The notes beneath the pieces are model-generated. The model was not told where the DNA came from. It ran no database searches and saw nothing but the letters and a program-made list of their open reading frames with translations. Below, in pieces: positions 62,336 through 64,000 of a stretch of DNA of 64,000 bases (the first letter of the stretch is position 1; the number at the start of each line of letters is the position of its first letter). Source of the stretch: Chrysomallon squamiferum (taxonomy: Eukaryota; Animalia; Mollusca); contig CM022668.1 in the NCBI GenBank assembly GCA_012295275.1, positions 6,324,001 through 6,388,000 of the forward strand, read 5' to 3'. Both the position numbers and the translations under genes were made by a program.

Positions 62336-63726
62336 ATGAGCTCCGTCAGCGATCTCCATGACAACAAAACCAAACCAGAAAGAGATGAAAATGACAAGGT
62401 CGAAACAGGTTCTGACTCAACTTCATATCTCGACAAAGCCAAAGGAACGACAACTACGCCGGCGGATGTATATGACAGCACCGACCACCGTGATGTAACA
62501 ACTGGAGGAAAAAATAAAAAGAAAGAACAGGATGTCGACGAAGAAGGAGTCAAGGACGAAGAAATGACAACCAAGAACAGATTAGAACCGTCTCCTGGAA
62601 GAGAAAACAAAAAGGATGGAGCTACGCCAGGAAAAATCCCTGAAAGAAAAGCTCCAGCCGTTATCATGGACGAGAAGGATACCTCTGAATGTCCTGGTAA
62701 GACAGCTTACCAGAAGGAAAGTGGTATAGAACAGGATATTCCGGAAAATAAGCGGAAAGGTTCAGAACCTTCTTATGTACCAGCTAAAGGAAAGGACGGT
62801 AGTGAGAAACACGGTATTACAGCAGAAGTAAATAAAGGTGTTGCCGACGTTGACCACGACGTCACAGAAGACCCGTCCCAGCCTTTGTTAGGACACGAAA
62901 AAGCTGACGACGCAGATGAAAGTATTCGTAAGGATATCGAATTTGCGGATGAAGCTGACGATATCTGTGTGACTGAGGAAATGCCTGAAAACTTCACTTC
63001 AGAAGCTAGTGTGAAAAAATAGATAATCCTGACATTAGTTATCCCAACTCGGATAAGCAGAAGCAGAAGCAACCAATAATTGTTGTAGCAGAGGGCGATT
63101 ATTTGCCTCAGGATACGAGATCTGGGGGTGAAGTGAAAAAAACGATTTTTCCTGACATTTGTAGGGGAGATGATGTTGACACCAAACACCAGCATGTTCC
63201 CGTAATCGTTCTGGGAAAAGATGACGTCCCGAAACCATGTTCTCCATCCCGGGGGAAAAGTAAATCCCCGCTCGATTCTCACTCGGCTAAAAAAGACAGA
63301 GTTAAAATCCCGGACGAAGAAGAAGCTGGCTCCTCGAAGGATTCGAACCCCATTACCGTCACGCCCAAATCCGTGATTGAAGATCCGTCAGAGCAGAGGA
63401 TGGAGCGGTCTGAGAGAAAGATGTCAGACGTCTCAGACGTCGTTCACGAAGTTCCCAACACGAACATCCTCGTTGCCTGTCTTATAACCATGTGCTTCAA
63501 CCTTCCCCTCGGCGCTGTAGCTATTTATTATTCGCTAATGGCGGCCAAAGCGTATAGGGACGGGCTGCGCAAGAAAGGTGCGCAGAGAGCTCGTACGTCA
63601 ATGCTGATTAGTCTGTTGGCTCTGGTGATCACTGTCCTCATTGTGATGTTTCTGGTTCTGTGGATGTCCATCAACAAAAAGAAATTTAAACGTAAATATG
63701 CAAGTAAACCTTCATTCTCACTTTAA
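62336..63726 (+). CDS. CD225/dispanin (PRRT1/PRRT2/TRARG1-like) membrane protein with long charged disordered N-terminus; 1-nt frameshift in assembly (~463 aa if corrected)
   Basis: C-terminal PNTNILVACLITMCFNLPLGAVAIYYSLMAAKAYRDG...A.RARTSMLISLLALVITVLIVMFLVLW is the CD225 pattern. Acceptor tttttcag at 62254 and good start context caaccATG. ORF1 ends at 63022, ORF2 frame is open from 63010; one extra A in the A6 run 63014-63019 joins them. Confidence 0.85.
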
Positions 63727-63760
63727 TACGCATTTTTTAATTTTATTTATTTTCTTTCTT

Positions 63761-63809
<49 letters not shown>

Positions 63810-64000
63810 AATATTATATTACATTTATTGTTTTTTATTTTAATTTTACTTTATTATTTATCGTTTTCCAGTGAATATATAAAAATTCAAATTCAAAACG
63901 GAATGTCTGTAGACCATGTGACAAACGATAATTCTGTGCTTCACTACTTAATATTCGATGAGTAAAAACACCGGAAATTGTTTGTTTTTTTAAATGTTAT

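Noticed and set aside
62317-63282. Minus-strand ORFs of 116, 169 and 70 aa
   Set aside because: Antisense shadows of the CD225 coding exon.

Overview
AT-rich, microsatellite-dense animal DNA with spliceosomal introns. Gene content suggests a lophotrochozoan, plausibly a cephalopod mollusc (inference only). Six genes were rebuilt by hand from splice sites and codon phase. (1) 27257->16147 (-): a 16-exon single-pass membrane protein I cannot assign to a family. It has a signal peptide, a minimal LRRNT/one-LRR/LRRCT-like ectodomain, an acidic stalk, a TM helix, a cytoplasmic region made of duplicated phase-0 exons, and a terminal exon with 19-aa (57-bp) repeats. Directly downstream (1-15750) lies a degenerate duplicate of that terminal exon in which the 57-bp unit has expanded into a ~15-kb satellite with higher-order structure and CpG decay. 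(2,3) An inverted tail-to-tail pair of 6-exon secreted PAN/apple + EGF-like + fibrinogen-domain genes (30146-33749 +, 41797-36378 -) with mosaic exon similarity. (4,5) Two innexin genes from a ~5.6-kb tandem duplication with a resolvable breakpoint; their start codon is split AT|G by an intron. (6) A CD225/dispanin gene (62336-63726 +) with a 1-nt frameshift in an A-run. No tRNA, rRNA, CRISPR or recognisable transposon ORF was seen. Most short ORFs in the track are translated repeats.
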